From: Candidatus Poribacteria bacterium
GTDB taxonomy: Bacteria > Poribacteria > WGA-4E > WGA-3G
Length of the DNA stretch: 64,000 nt
Reading direction: 5' to 3'
Assembly: GCA_965205015.1 (NCBI GenBank)
Contig: OZ242029.1
Span: 4,768,001-4,832,000, forward strand
Below, in pieces: positions 31,379 to 41,428 of the stretch (within the stretch, counting starts at the first letter, position 1; each line of letters opens with the position of its first letter). The notes beneath the pieces are model-generated. The model did no database searches. It was not told the DNA's origin and saw only the letters and a list, made by a program, of their open reading frames with translations. The position numbers were made by a program, and so were the translations under genes.

Positions 31379-32215
31379 ATGGAACAAAAAACACGTCACC
31401 TGCTCGGTCTCTCCGGTGGTAAAGACAGTTCCGCGCTTGCCGTTTACATGCGGGACAGGGTGCCAGAGATGGAATACTTCTTCTCTGACACGGGTAAGGA
31501 ATTGCCAGAGACTTACGCGTTTCTGGATCGATTAGAGGTATTCCTCGGCAAACCGATTGCACGTCTCAACATGGAGCGGGATGCCAGCGAGAACCGCGAT
31601 TTCGATCACTGGCTGACGCTCTACGGAGGCTTGTTGCCGTCGTCTCAAGTGCGATGGTGCACTGTTAACCTTAAGATAAGACCTTTTGAGGAATACGTCG
31701 GCGAAGACAAGGCGTATAATTACGTCGCCATCCGTGCCGATGAAGACCGTGTCGGTTATAAACCGCTGAAAACCGCCGCCCTCCGCAACATCGAGCCGAA
31801 GTACCCGTTCAAAGAGGATGGCATCACCAAAGAGGATGTCTACCGAATTCTGGAGGAAAGCGGTCTCGGTCTACCTGATTATTACAACTGGCGGACGCGT
31901 TCGGGGTGTTATTTCTGTTTTTTCCAGCGCAAATCCGAGTGGGTGGGACTCTTAGAGCAGCATCCAGACCTCTTTGAACTCGCCAAGGCATACGAGAAAT
32001 TCAACCCAGAGACAGGCGAACGGTTCACGTGGTGTCAAGGTGAAAGCTTAGAGGAACTGTCGCAACCCGAACGGATCGCGCAAATCAAGGCAAATACTGA
32101 AAAGGCGATGGCATCCAAGAAAACGGCAAAACCGAATCGTCGTTTGATAGAGATTCTCACCGATGTTCATGACGACGAAGATGACGAAGAACCGTGTCTG
32201 ATTTGTCACAAGTGA
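31379..32215 (+). CDS. sspD: PAPS-reductase family protein (SspD-like)
   Basis: SGGKDSS, RWCT, RSGCYFCFFQ, C-terminal CLICH. Confidence 0.8.
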   Translation: MEQKTRHLLGLSGGKDSSALAVYMRDRVPEMEYFFSDTGKELPETYAFLDRLEVFLGKPIARLNMERDASENRDFDHWLTLYGGLLPSSQVRWCTVNLKIRPFEEYVGEDKAYNYVAIRADEDRVGYKPLKTAALRNIEPKYPFKEDGITKEDVYRILEESGLGLPDYYNWRTRSGCYFCFFQRKSEWVGLLEQHPDLFELAKAYEKFNPETGERFTWCQGESLEELSQPERIAQIKANTEKAMASKKTAKPNRRLIEILTDVHDDEDDEEPCLICHK

Positions 32216-32263
32216 TAATTCTATAATATCAAAACTATTTATACAATAAGAGGTGTCTAACCT

Positions 32264-33538
32264 ATGAGAACAATTTCACTAGACAACGGTTTAGACAACG
32301 GTTGGCCCATTGATAGGGTCATCAGAAGGAGACCACGGATAAATCCACAACCCCAATATCAACGAACACCAGTTTGGAACGACACAAAAAAACAATTACT
32401 TATTGACTCAATACTTCGGGGATATGACTTACCTAAATTCTATCTGCGCTCATCTACTAACGGATATGAACACGAGGTTGTCGATGGTCAGCAAAGACTT
32501 CTCGCAATTTGGGATTTTCGGGACGATCAGTATGCGTTAGGAAATACATCAAAAGATATACCTAATTTTGGAGATTTATCAGGCAGAAAATTCTCAGAAT
32601 TACCCAGCGAAGCACAAGATCAATTTGGAGAATTTAAACTTAATTTGGTTGTGATAGAGGAAGCATCAGACTTAGAAATACGGCAGCTTTTCTTAAGATT
32701 GCAGGAAGGAGTTAGCCTGAATCCTCCAGAAAAACGGAACGCTATGTCTGGTAATATGCGTGATTTTGTAGCAGACTTGGGGGAAAACCACCGAATTTTT
32801 CGCACAGAATTAATTCGTCTTCCTGATACAAGATTTCAGTGGCATGATTTAGTGGCAATAGTAACATGCTTAGAAATAGCTGGAGGACCAACAGATGTTA
32901 AAGCTCCTAGTCTGAAAAAGATGTACGAGGATGAGCAGGAGTTTAATAACAATGGAACCATTTCCCAAAAAGTAAAACGATACTTGAATTATATGGCAAG
33001 AGTTTTTGAAGCCCCTGAAACCCCGATTCCCGAAACAGATATTAAGTGGGGCTTCGTAGACTTGTACCTACTGATTTCAAAAATGGATGCCTCCTATGCT
33101 ATCAGTCAGCGAGAACAAGACTTTAAAAATTTTTACATTACTTTTGAAGGCGAGAGACGAGAAAATATGAGTGATTATGGTTCACTACGTGCTGGTCAAG
33201 ATCTTTGGAATAGAGACTTATATAATTATATTGAGGCATTCATTCGTTCAGGGGGTACAAAAAAGAATATCAACACGAGACATAAAGTATATAAAAGACG
33301 ATTTCTTAGAGATTTTCCAGACTTAGTGTCGAAAGACCCTCAACGTAGATTCACTAACGACCAACGGATTTTCATTTGGCGCCGAGCCAATGGTAAGTGT
33401 CAAATATGCGATGCAGAGATTAATTTGAATCAAATGCATGCCGATCATATCATTTGTCATAACGAAGGTGGAAGAACAACCCTTGAAAACGGACGAGCAC
33501 TTTGTATACCATGTAACACTAGTAGAGGTGTTACATAA
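32264..33538 (+). CDS. DUF262 + HNH protein (SspE/GmrS-like)
   Basis: YQR..W, VVDGQQRL, F.RLQ.G..L; C-terminal CQIC..HADH..GG.T...N...LC..CN. Confidence 0.8.
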   Translation: MRTISLDNGLDNGWPIDRVIRRRPRINPQPQYQRTPVWNDTKKQLLIDSILRGYDLPKFYLRSSTNGYEHEVVDGQQRLLAIWDFRDDQYALGNTSKDIPNFGDLSGRKFSELPSEAQDQFGEFKLNLVVIEEASDLEIRQLFLRLQEGVSLNPPEKRNAMSGNMRDFVADLGENHRIFRTELIRLPDTRFQWHDLVAIVTCLEIAGGPTDVKAPSLKKMYEDEQEFNNNGTISQKVKRYLNYMARVFEAPETPIPETDIKWGFVDLYLLISKMDASYAISQREQDFKNFYITFEGERRENMSDYGSLRAGQDLWNRDLYNYIEAFIRSGGTKKNINTRHKVYKRRFLRDFPDLVSKDPQRRFTNDQRIFIWRRANGKCQICDAEINLNQMHADHIICHNEGGRTTLENGRALCIPCNTSRGVT

Positions 33539-33609
33539 TCTCATTTTCAATACTCATACTTGAAACTTGATTTATGAATTTACCTAATTGACCGTCTATA
33601 GACTAAAAA

Positions 33610-36027
33610 ATGAAGCAACTTTTCAAAAAATTATACTTTGTCCAAACTGAGGACAACATTGATAAAATCATCAGCAATCATCCGGATATTTTCAAACCTG
33701 AAAATTGGTATCCTCTCGGTGGTCATGAAAATAATTTCGGTGTCATCGAAAATCAACAATCTACCCCGATTGCAGCACTAATTGAGAAAATTACGAACTC
33801 AATTGATGCTGTTTTGATGAAGAAATGCTTGCAAGCAGGCATCAATCCCACATCCAATCAAGCTCCCCAATCCATGGATGAAGCTAGAACGAATTTCTTT
33901 CCAAAACACAGAGACTGGGATCTGGCAGGACTCCGAAATCAGCAAGCCGAGAGCATTCAAGTTCTTGCCGACGGACCACGCGGCAATACCTCCCTGATTA
34001 TTTATGATGATGGCGAGGGACAACATCCTGAAGAATTCGAGAACACCTTCCTTTCATTGTTGCGAGGAAATAAGAACGAAATCCATTTTGTTCAGGGCAA
34101 ATACAATATGGGTGGGAGCGGTGCCATTGTGTTCTGTGGTAAAAAGCGATACCAATTAATCGGTTCAAAGCGTCACGATAACACCGGGGAATTCGGTTTC
34201 ACACTGATTAGAGAACATCCACTGAGCAAAGCAGAAGAAAACACCAAAAAGAATACATGGTACGAATACCTAAAGATTGATGGAAAAATCCCTGCTTTTC
34301 AAGCAGATAGGCAGGATTTAGGACTGCATAAAAGAACTTTCACAACAGGAACAATTATCAAACTCTACTCCTACGATCTTCCCGCCGGAATCTCAGATAT
34401 TTCAAGGGATTTGAATCGGAGCATTAACGAATATCTATTTGAACCTGTCTTGCCCGTGTATACAATTGAAAAAGAGGAACGCTATCCTAAGAGTTCTTTG
34501 CGAAGGGGTTTATACGGACTAAAACGCAGATTGGAGCAGGAAGATAATAAATACGTTGAAGAATCGTTTTCTTTAGATTTTGACGACGAACTTTTTGGAC
34601 AAATGAAAGTGACGTGTTACGTATTCAAAACAAAAATAGACGACAGATCCGTCAAAGAAACTAAGGAAACAATTCAGCGAGAGTTTTTCAAAAACAGAAT
34701 GTCCGTGCTATTTTCAGTCAACGGACAAGCACATGGACACTATACATCCGAATTCATAACTCGCTCCCTAAAATTAAATTTACTTAAGGAACACCTCCTT
34801 ATTCATGTTGATTGTACGAAAATGGCTCCCAATTTCCGCAGAGAATTATTTATGGCATCTCGAGACCGGTTAAAAGATGGTGAAGAAACTCGTGTGTTAC
34901 GGAAATTTTTGGCAGATAAGCTCGGAGCAAAAGATGGACGTTTAGCGGAAATTCAGAAACGGAGGAAAAACTCTATAGCAATAGAAAGTGAGGACGCGAA
35001 AGACTTGATTAGATCTTTCGCACAAAATCTCTCACGAAACCAAGATTTGTTGCAGTTGTTAGGGCAAACTCTAAACTTAGACCTACAAACTAAAGGAAAT
35101 CAGAAAAGAAATTCTAACAGCTCAACCAAGAAAAAACCAAAGCAAAATGACATGCAACCTTTTAATTCGCAAAGATTTCCAGCATTTTTCAAACGACGTG
35201 TGCGCGGAAGCTCCGGAAATGGGGTGGTGGCAATCCCAATTGGTGGTGAGAAAACAATCCTCTTTGACACAGATGTCGAAAACAATTATTTTGATCGCAT
35301 CGAAGAACCAGGGGAATTAAAAATTGCCATTCTTGATTTCAAAACAAATGAAACCGAAGGTGGAGATGCCCCAGGTAAAGTTGATCGGATCGAAGATGTA
35401 TTCAATGCCCGGAAAAGTAGTCCTCAAGACGGAACAATAAAGATTCATCTCAATCCGAAAAAAGAAGTAGATGTCGGAGATGAAGCAAGGATTAAAGTGA
35501 GTCTTAGCGACCCTAGCGGTAACTTTTTTGAGGAAACATTCTGGGTAAAGATAAGCGAACCCCAAGCACCTCCGCAACCTTCGCCTAAAACTGAAAATAA
35601 AGAAATTCCGAATTTAGGTTTGCCTGAGATGAAATTAGTTTATGAAAAAGATTGGGAGCAATTTGGAGAAGCAGGCGAAACAATGGATTATTCTACTGTG
35701 ATGTACCCTTATGTTGAAGGTGAGAAATTAGAAATCATCTACATCAATCTGGATAGTACTGTTTTGAAAAATTTCAGAGCGAAAACCAGAAATGCCAGTC
35801 AGGAACAGTTAGAAATAGCCAATCAAAGATATATCGCCTCTGTATATTCACACACATTGCTTTTGTATTCAATTACAAAGGCACATAAATACGAGATTGT
35901 GCAAGAGGAAAATGGCAGAGATTCTGATGTTGAATTAGGCACTTACCTCAAAGATTTGTTCGACAATTATTACGCAGAATTCCTTCTGAACTTCGGTTTT
36001 GATGATATTATGCAATTGCTGGAATAA
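33610..36027 (+). CDS. GHKL (HATPase/MORC-like) ATPase domain protein
   Basis: EKITNSIDA, DDGEG, GKYNMGG, GT GHKL motifs in the N-terminal third. Confidence 0.7.
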   Translation: MKQLFKKLYFVQTEDNIDKIISNHPDIFKPENWYPLGGHENNFGVIENQQSTPIAALIEKITNSIDAVLMKKCLQAGINPTSNQAPQSMDEARTNFFPKHRDWDLAGLRNQQAESIQVLADGPRGNTSLIIYDDGEGQHPEEFENTFLSLLRGNKNEIHFVQGKYNMGGSGAIVFCGKKRYQLIGSKRHDNTGEFGFTLIREHPLSKAEENTKKNTWYEYLKIDGKIPAFQADRQDLGLHKRTFTTGTIIKLYSYDLPAGISDISRDLNRSINEYLFEPVLPVYTIEKEERYPKSSLRRGLYGLKRRLEQEDNKYVEESFSLDFDDELFGQMKVTCYVFKTKIDDRSVKETKETIQREFFKNRMSVLFSVNGQAHGHYTSEFITRSLKLNLLKEHLLIHVDCTKMAPNFRRELFMASRDRLKDGEETRVLRKFLADKLGAKDGRLAEIQKRRKNSIAIESEDAKDLIRSFAQNLSRNQDLLQLLGQTLNLDLQTKGNQKRNSNSSTKKKPKQNDMQPFNSQRFPAFFKRRVRGSSGNGVVAIPIGGEKTILFDTDVENNYFDRIEEPGELKIAILDFKTNETEGGDAPGKVDRIEDVFNARKSSPQDGTIKIHLNPKKEVDVGDEARIKVSLSDPSGNFFEETFWVKISEPQAPPQPSPKTENKEIPNLGLPEMKLVYEKDWEQFGEAGETMDYSTVMYPYVEGEKLEIIYINLDSTVLKNFRAKTRNASQEQLEIANQRYIASVYSHTLLLYSITKAHKYEIVQEENGRDSDVELGTYLKDLFDNYYAEFLLNFGFDDIMQLLE

Positions 36028-36174
36028 TAACTTCACAAAGCATCAACACCCAAAAAAGTGTATCTAATCCCATAAATCCTGATTCAAACAACAGCAAAAT
36101 TCTTTTCCCAATTTCCGCCGACTCCGTGTATAATGGGGTATCGTTCTGATGCCAATAAAACACGGAGAACATAG

Positions 36175-36324
36175 ATGTCCGATCCCAACATCAAACCTAC
36201 GCATAAACCTATCAAAATCTATTACGCCGAACTGGAAAAATATGCCCAACTCGGTGAGGAAAACGAAGGCACTGTCCGTGCAGCATTTCAAAATCTTCTG
36301 CAACCTTACTGCCACCAATCCTAG
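36175..36324 (+). pseudogene. N-terminal remnant of a fused restriction-modification (type ISP/IIG-like) gene
   Basis: RBS GGAGA; MSDPNIKPTHKPIKIYYAELEKYAQLGEENEGTVRAAFQNLLQPYCHQS*; family recalled from memory. Confidence 0.55.
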
Positions 36325-36662
36325 TTACAGCGAAGAGATAGATATGAATTGGGACAACGTCGGACGTTTAGTAAAAGCTGCATCAGGAATAGATTGGCGC
36401 AAGGATGGTGAATACGAAGGAAGAACAGGAGAAGCAGCTGGGAAAGTTATGGCAGATGAAATGATACGCCTATTGCCAACTGAAGGGGTTATCGCAGGGT
36501 CATTCAATTGTAGGTTTTTTTCGGCGTTTTCGCCAAGACATCGCGAGCCTGGGGAAACACCCAAGCAAAAACACTCGCGCCTACAGGGCTCCTTGGGAAC
36601 CGAAAATCCAAAATTTCGGAAAATTGAATAGCCCTGATGCGATGTACGATGTACAATTTTAT

Positions 36663-37070
36663 TTGACCTTCAGGCAAATTTGTGTTATAATTAACCTTCA
36701 AGATTCGCGTCTAAAAAATGTACCCTTTTCCGTAGAAGTCTGTTATAGTAAAATCCGAAAATATGTTCACACTTGTAGCATAGGCGACCGTTAGTCTCCT
36801 GTGCATCCCTGAATCACGCGTATGAAGACTTATAGAGACCCCCTTCTTCTGAACATATCCACAGCAAACATGCCTTCGTGCTGGGTCCCGGTATCCGACT
36901 GGGGCACCATTAGCCAAGGCGCGATTACCCCCCCCCTCTTAATTCACGTGAAGTAATTTTACATATCTATCTCATAAACTGCGTCCGCAGCTTCGCTGCT
37001 GTCGCGGTTTTTTCGCGCCCGCACGCGCTGCGTTTCCACACGTCTGCCGCGTTGCGGGCTATTTTTGTTG
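36663..37070 (+). promoter_or_regulatory. Poly-C leader element copy 2 (uORF 36822-36956, C9 at 36928-36936)
   Basis: TTGACC-N17-TATAAT; uORF MKTYRD...ITPPLLIHVK*; GCCCGCA/TGCGGGC stem then TATTTTTGTTG. Confidence 0.65.
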
Positions 37071-37144
37071 CATTGGGATTCCACCGGATGCTTTTTGCAA
37101 GTGTTGGGCGGTCCCGATACATCTACCCTTGAGGGTTAACCAAA

Positions 37145-37183
37145 TAGGACTTACGCATTTCCTTTTAATATGCGTAAGTCCTA
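37145..37183. mobile_element. Minimal MITE-like element, TIR TAGGACTTACGCAT
   Basis: 14-bp perfect inverted repeat; same TIR core at 39043-39187 and 60599-60691. Confidence 0.6.
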
Positions 37184-37210
37184 CCAAACTTAAAGAAGGA
37201 AAGACTCACA

Positions 37211-39034
37211 ATGTTTAGATTCTGCATCTTATCAATTCTCTGTGTATACGTTACCGCATCAGCCGCGTTTGCGCATCCTGATCCTGGCGATGGTTACCAC
37301 TTCGGGACTACACGTGGCATCAAATTAATAGTGGGCGGGGAGAACAACGAGAGGTTCATCGGACAGAGAGAGCCTGATGCTGAAGGTTACCACATTCATA
37401 GGTACAGCTATACAATTACTGTGGATGGGGGTTCGGTAGGGCTAATATGGGAGAAAACATTTAAAACTGGCGAAGATCCTCCTCCCCCCGATACGCTGCC
37501 AGACGGCTATTTCCCTAGGTTTGGACCTAGAAAGGAAGTTACTGATGACCTAGGTCCGGAGCACATAGTCCACCCACCGGCGCATTCTCATGGCGTTACA
37601 CACGAACATGGCACCTATGTGTCCCACACGCATACAGTGTGGCACACACACGCTGGGGATGCCTCGCAGCACACGCACACTTACACCGAGTCTGAAACTC
37701 ACAGCCTCTCGGATGGCAGCCACACGGGCGTAGGCACCAGGCAACAGAATAACCCACCCCCAGGGTCAAGCGGACGTGAAGAGGAAGAAGGGCGTAGTGG
37801 ACCACCCCCAGGTGATAATCCACCCCAGCAGCAGTTGCATTCTCATGAGGTTACACACCAACATGGCACCTATGTGTCCCACACGCATACAGTGACACAC
37901 ACTGGAGATGCATCGCAGCACACGCACTCTTACACCGAGTCTGAAATTCACAGCCTCTCGGGTGGCAGCCACACGGGCGTAGGCACCAGACAACCGGTGC
38001 AGAACCCACCTCCAGGTAATAACCAAGGTAATAGCCAACCCCAGCAGAGGTCGCATTCTCATGAGGTTACACACCAACATGGCACCTATGTGTCCCACAC
38101 GCATACAGTGACACACACTGGGGATGCCTCGCAGCACACGCACACTTACACCGAGTCTGAAATTCACAGTCTCTCGGGTGACAACCATGTGGGCGTAGGC
38201 ACCAGACAACTGACGAATAACCTACCTCCAGGTGATAACCAAGGTAATAGTCCACCCCCAGCGGGAGGGGAGGGTGGAACTCCTGAAGGGACATCCAATG
38301 GAGCCACGACTACCACAGTAGCGACTCCAGTCGTAGGGGAGGGCGGGGGCACCCCTGAAGGGACATCCAGTCCTCAACAGGTCGTGTCAAGTGGTCCCCA
38401 AGCAACGCAACCCGGGGCTCCACCCGAGCGTCAACCTTTATTACCCATACGCATCACAGAGTATATGGTCAGAGATTGGACGGCTGGGATTGGTGGATTA
38501 CCACAGTGGATTGAGGTGTATAACCCCAACACCGAGGCAGTCAACCTCAAAGGTTACACGTTCCAATATGCCACCCGACGGTCGGCCAATGCCCCCCATA
38601 AAGTCCATACGCTGACACTCGCTGGAACACAGGACGGGTTCAGCATAGCGGGAGGCGGCGTAGCGATCCTATCAACCCGAAAAGTTCCGGCATGGCGATT
38701 TTCCGGTATTGGAGCCTCCCAGGTCTACAACTTGAGCATAGACAACGTCCTCAAACGCGGGTGGGTGTTGACGGATGCCAATGGCAAGGAGATTCACCGT
38801 CTCGGTAGGGCTGCCTTTAGTGCGTTAGGGGATCCGGTGGCACCACTCCATCAGAACAAGGCGCGGGTCTCTTATCAGGTCGTCCCGAGCGAGTCGCCCC
38901 CGGAGGTTTATTACTATGGACATCGGGAAGACATCGGGTCTCCTGGGTTCTACAAGCAACCGGCGCCGGCGGCCCCGAGTGCGGTCAAACGCAAGCGAGT
39001 CGGCACCTGGGCGAGTCTGAAGCAAACGCCATAA
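37211..39034 (+). CDS. Secreted His-rich repeat protein with C-terminal lamin-tail-like domain
   Basis: Signal peptide; three ~52-aa HSHxVTHxHGTYVSHTHTV repeats; IRITEYM..PQWIEVYNP..VNLKGY; tail GTWASLK. Confidence 0.8.
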   Translation: MFRFCILSILCVYVTASAAFAHPDPGDGYHFGTTRGIKLIVGGENNERFIGQREPDAEGYHIHRYSYTITVDGGSVGLIWEKTFKTGEDPPPPDTLPDGYFPRFGPRKEVTDDLGPEHIVHPPAHSHGVTHEHGTYVSHTHTVWHTHAGDASQHTHTYTESETHSLSDGSHTGVGTRQQNNPPPGSSGREEEEGRSGPPPGDNPPQQQLHSHEVTHQHGTYVSHTHTVTHTGDASQHTHSYTESEIHSLSGGSHTGVGTRQPVQNPPPGNNQGNSQPQQRSHSHEVTHQHGTYVSHTHTVTHTGDASQHTHTYTESEIHSLSGDNHVGVGTRQLTNNLPPGDNQGNSPPPAGGEGGTPEGTSNGATTTTVATPVVGEGGGTPEGTSSPQQVVSSGPQATQPGAPPERQPLLPIRITEYMVRDWTAGIGGLPQWIEVYNPNTEAVNLKGYTFQYATRRSANAPHKVHTLTLAGTQDGFSIAGGGVAILSTRKVPAWRFSGIGASQVYNLSIDNVLKRGWVLTDANGKEIHRLGRAAFSALGDPVAPLHQNKARVSYQVVPSESPPEVYYYGHREDIGSPGFYKQPAPAAPSAVKRKRVGTWASLKQTP

Positions 39035-39042
39035 AAAAACCT

Positions 39043-39187
39043 CAGGACTTACGCAGTTCCTCCTAAAGTCCCCCTACCCCCTGATAAGGGGGATATGGGG
39101 GGTGAAGGATTTAGGGGATTAAATCACTGAAAGAACGCCTTTTTCGGTGAAATCTATTCCTTTTTTATCCGATGTGCGTAAGTCCTG
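39043..39187. mobile_element. MITE-like element, TIR CAGGACTTACGCA
   Basis: 13-bp perfect TIR; internal CCCCCT-GATA-AGGGGG palindrome. Confidence 0.6.
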
Positions 39188-39323
39188 TCTATAAAAGCCA
39201 ATCCTCAATCAAGACGGTTCTCTCATCCTGAAAATCCTGATTCAGACAATTTTACCCTCCAAATCCCGAAACTACCCGCTGATTGCTGAAAACTGAATAT
39301 CCTCGAGGGTTATCGCGAAAAAC

Positions 39324-39700
39324 TTGACATCTCACACACGTTTATGCTATAATTTAATCACAATGCTCAACTAACGGAAATCGCCTAATTTGCTGCTAAA
39401 AAATTATGCGACAGGTGCTGCAGTTGAAGGGATAATACCAGCAGGATATGAAGAACCAAGATACGAACGCCACACCCAAAACACGACACCTACTCGATAG
39501 CAATCGCTATCCATGGCGATCCTTAATGTGCTTAGCGTTCATGCGTGCATTAGGATTTAACAAGCCGACTACCCCCCCCCACTTTACAAAAAACAAGTAA
39601 TTTACTTCACAAAACATTCACGGCATCCGCGAATGTTCTGTCCTCATGCCCGCACGCCATCTCGTCTGATGGCACCCAATGCGGGCTATTTTTGTTGTCA
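39324..39700 (+). promoter_or_regulatory. Poly-C leader element copy 3 (uORF 39448-39600, C9 at 39572-39580)
   Basis: TTGACA-N18-TATAAT; uORF MKNQDTNAT...FNKPTTPPHFTKNK*; two hairpins then TATTTTTGTTG. Confidence 0.8.
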
Positions 39701-39740
39701 TATTTTCCGCACAATTATAGGTCCATAAAGGAGAAAGCGA

Positions 39741-40823
39741 ATGAAAAATAGATTAATTTTTATTGTTTGTCTATTGGTTCTACTCGGTACTCCCGTGTAT
39801 GCGCAATCCGGATTTTACGAATTACCCATCAGCAAAAAGGCGGTCGGTATAGGCTACCAACGCTACAGACCGCCGAAACGGACAGATGCCTCTTTTCGCT
39901 TTCATGCACAAACGATATTAGGGAGTCTCGACTACGCTTTCAGCCGTGATCTAAAGGTCTCACTCCTACCGGGTGTTTCTTTTTTTGATGTCAATACGCA
40001 GAATCCTACTGAGATCGCACCCAGTCCTTCTATTGATATAAGGTTACTCAACATTAACGAGCTGAACATGACGGGATTGAAGTTTTTCATATCAGGCGGG
40101 TTCAGGACCCAATACATGAATATCGTCCGTACTGGGAATTTACCCCTGCATTCTGTGAACATGGCACTCCGAGGCGGTGCGGGATTCCTGCATCTCCTTG
40201 AGACAGATCACGGATGGAAACTCAAGCCATTTTTCGCACTATTCGCAACACAGGTCTGGGACAACGTCTCAAGTGCTAAAAGATTGTACGTCAATACGTC
40301 AAGAAACTTTTTCACCGGTGAAGCAGGTGTAGAAATAGAGTTGTCGCCGACGATGAGTGCCATCGGGAGCATTGAATTCCCTTTTGATTCTTCAGAATTA
40401 CTGTATCGTTTCGGCGTGAACTTCCATCAAGCACCCTCTCTGAATATACCCCGTGAAACGACATCACAAAACGGCAGCGTTGAGACAGACACGCCGGAAG
40501 TTGTTGCTGAATCGGGGCAGATCCATTACGAGCCGAATCTTGAGGTCGCCGGTCCCCAGTACAAATCCAAAGTTGATCCGAAGTATCCAGAACTCGCAAT
40601 CGCTGCGGGGCAGATCGGTGTGGTCATCTTAGAAACAATCATCAATGAAGAGGGTATCCCGATAGACATCGTTAAACGGACAAATCTCGGATACGGACTC
40701 GAAGCAGCGGCACTTGCGGCGTTGAAGCGGACAAGATTCCATCCTGCGATATACCGTGGAGAGCCAATCCCGATGCGGGTCACGATACGCTATATTTTTA
40801 GAATTCAAGATACAATCAGATAG
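39741..40823 (+). CDS. Secreted protein: beta-barrel-like N-domain fused to TonB C-terminal domain
   Basis: Signal peptide; amphipathic beta strands ending YRFGVNF; PKYPELA..G.V.L...I..EG...FHPA..RGEP TonB_C. Confidence 0.7.
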   Translation: MKNRLIFIVCLLVLLGTPVYAQSGFYELPISKKAVGIGYQRYRPPKRTDASFRFHAQTILGSLDYAFSRDLKVSLLPGVSFFDVNTQNPTEIAPSPSIDIRLLNINELNMTGLKFFISGGFRTQYMNIVRTGNLPLHSVNMALRGGAGFLHLLETDHGWKLKPFFALFATQVWDNVSSAKRLYVNTSRNFFTGEAGVEIELSPTMSAIGSIEFPFDSSELLYRFGVNFHQAPSLNIPRETTSQNGSVETDTPEVVAESGQIHYEPNLEVAGPQYKSKVDPKYPELAIAAGQIGVVILETIINEEGIPIDIVKRTNLGYGLEAAALAALKRTRFHPAIYRGEPIPMRVTIRYIFRIQDTIR

Positions 40824-40831
40824 GGGGTCGT

Positions 40832-41428
40832 ATGTTACAAAAATTTCTCTACGCGTGCATGTTGATATGTTGTCTACTGGGGTGCACTTCAGACAGCTCA
40901 GATGATAATTCGATATTTCCAACACCCCTCGTGCCCGAACCCGAACCGACACCCCAAACGCCCCCACCGGTCGTTGAGGTGCCTATTATAGTAGAACCCA
41001 TTGAGGAAAAGATTGATGTACCGCCCGTCGACCCAATCGTTGAGGATGAAGTCGAGCCTGAACCTGTTGAAGAAGCCGAGCCTGAGCCTAAAGACAGGAC
41101 AGCACCCCGCCTCATTGATAGCAGCATCTCACATGGTGATGTAGGCATCGATCCAGACACAGAGCGTTTCATTTTTACATTCGATGAGGAGATCGGGCGC
41201 GCCGATATAAAACTCATCAATAACACGCTCAAGATTGATATGGAATGGACAACGCTTTTAGATGGCAAACGCGTCATCCTTTTGAGAGTGCCAGGGGAGG
41301 GGCGTCGGATGATGATGGGCGAACTCTATACAATACAAATGCGATGGCGGGATGAAGCAAATAATTGGGAACCTGAAAATTTCGGAGTTATTCACGTTAT
41401 TACCTTCATCACTGAGGTCAAGGAATGA
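40832..41428 (+). CDS. Lipoprotein with Pro/Glu linker and Ig-like domain
   Basis: LLGC lipobox; DRTAPRL..SS...GD.G, FTFDE. Confidence 0.7.
   Translation: MLQKFLYACMLICCLLGCTSDSSDDNSIFPTPLVPEPEPTPQTPPPVVEVPIIVEPIEEKIDVPPVDPIVEDEVEPEPVEEAEPEPKDRTAPRLIDSSISHGDVGIDPDTERFIFTFDEEIGRADIKLINNTLKIDMEWTTLLDGKRVILLRVPGEGRRMMMGELYTIQMRWRDEANNWEPENFGVIHVITFITEVKE

Noticed and set aside
27022-32215. BREX type 4 assignment
   Set aside because: No pglZ or brxL; gene order fits sspBCD better
36149-36631. 160-aa ORF as a real gene
   Set aside because: It overlaps the R-M stub in another frame and looks like a mosaic of remnants
37580-38210. Long direct repeats with variable spacers, CRISPR-like
   Set aside because: Repeats are about 150 bp and lie in frame inside a protein-coding gene
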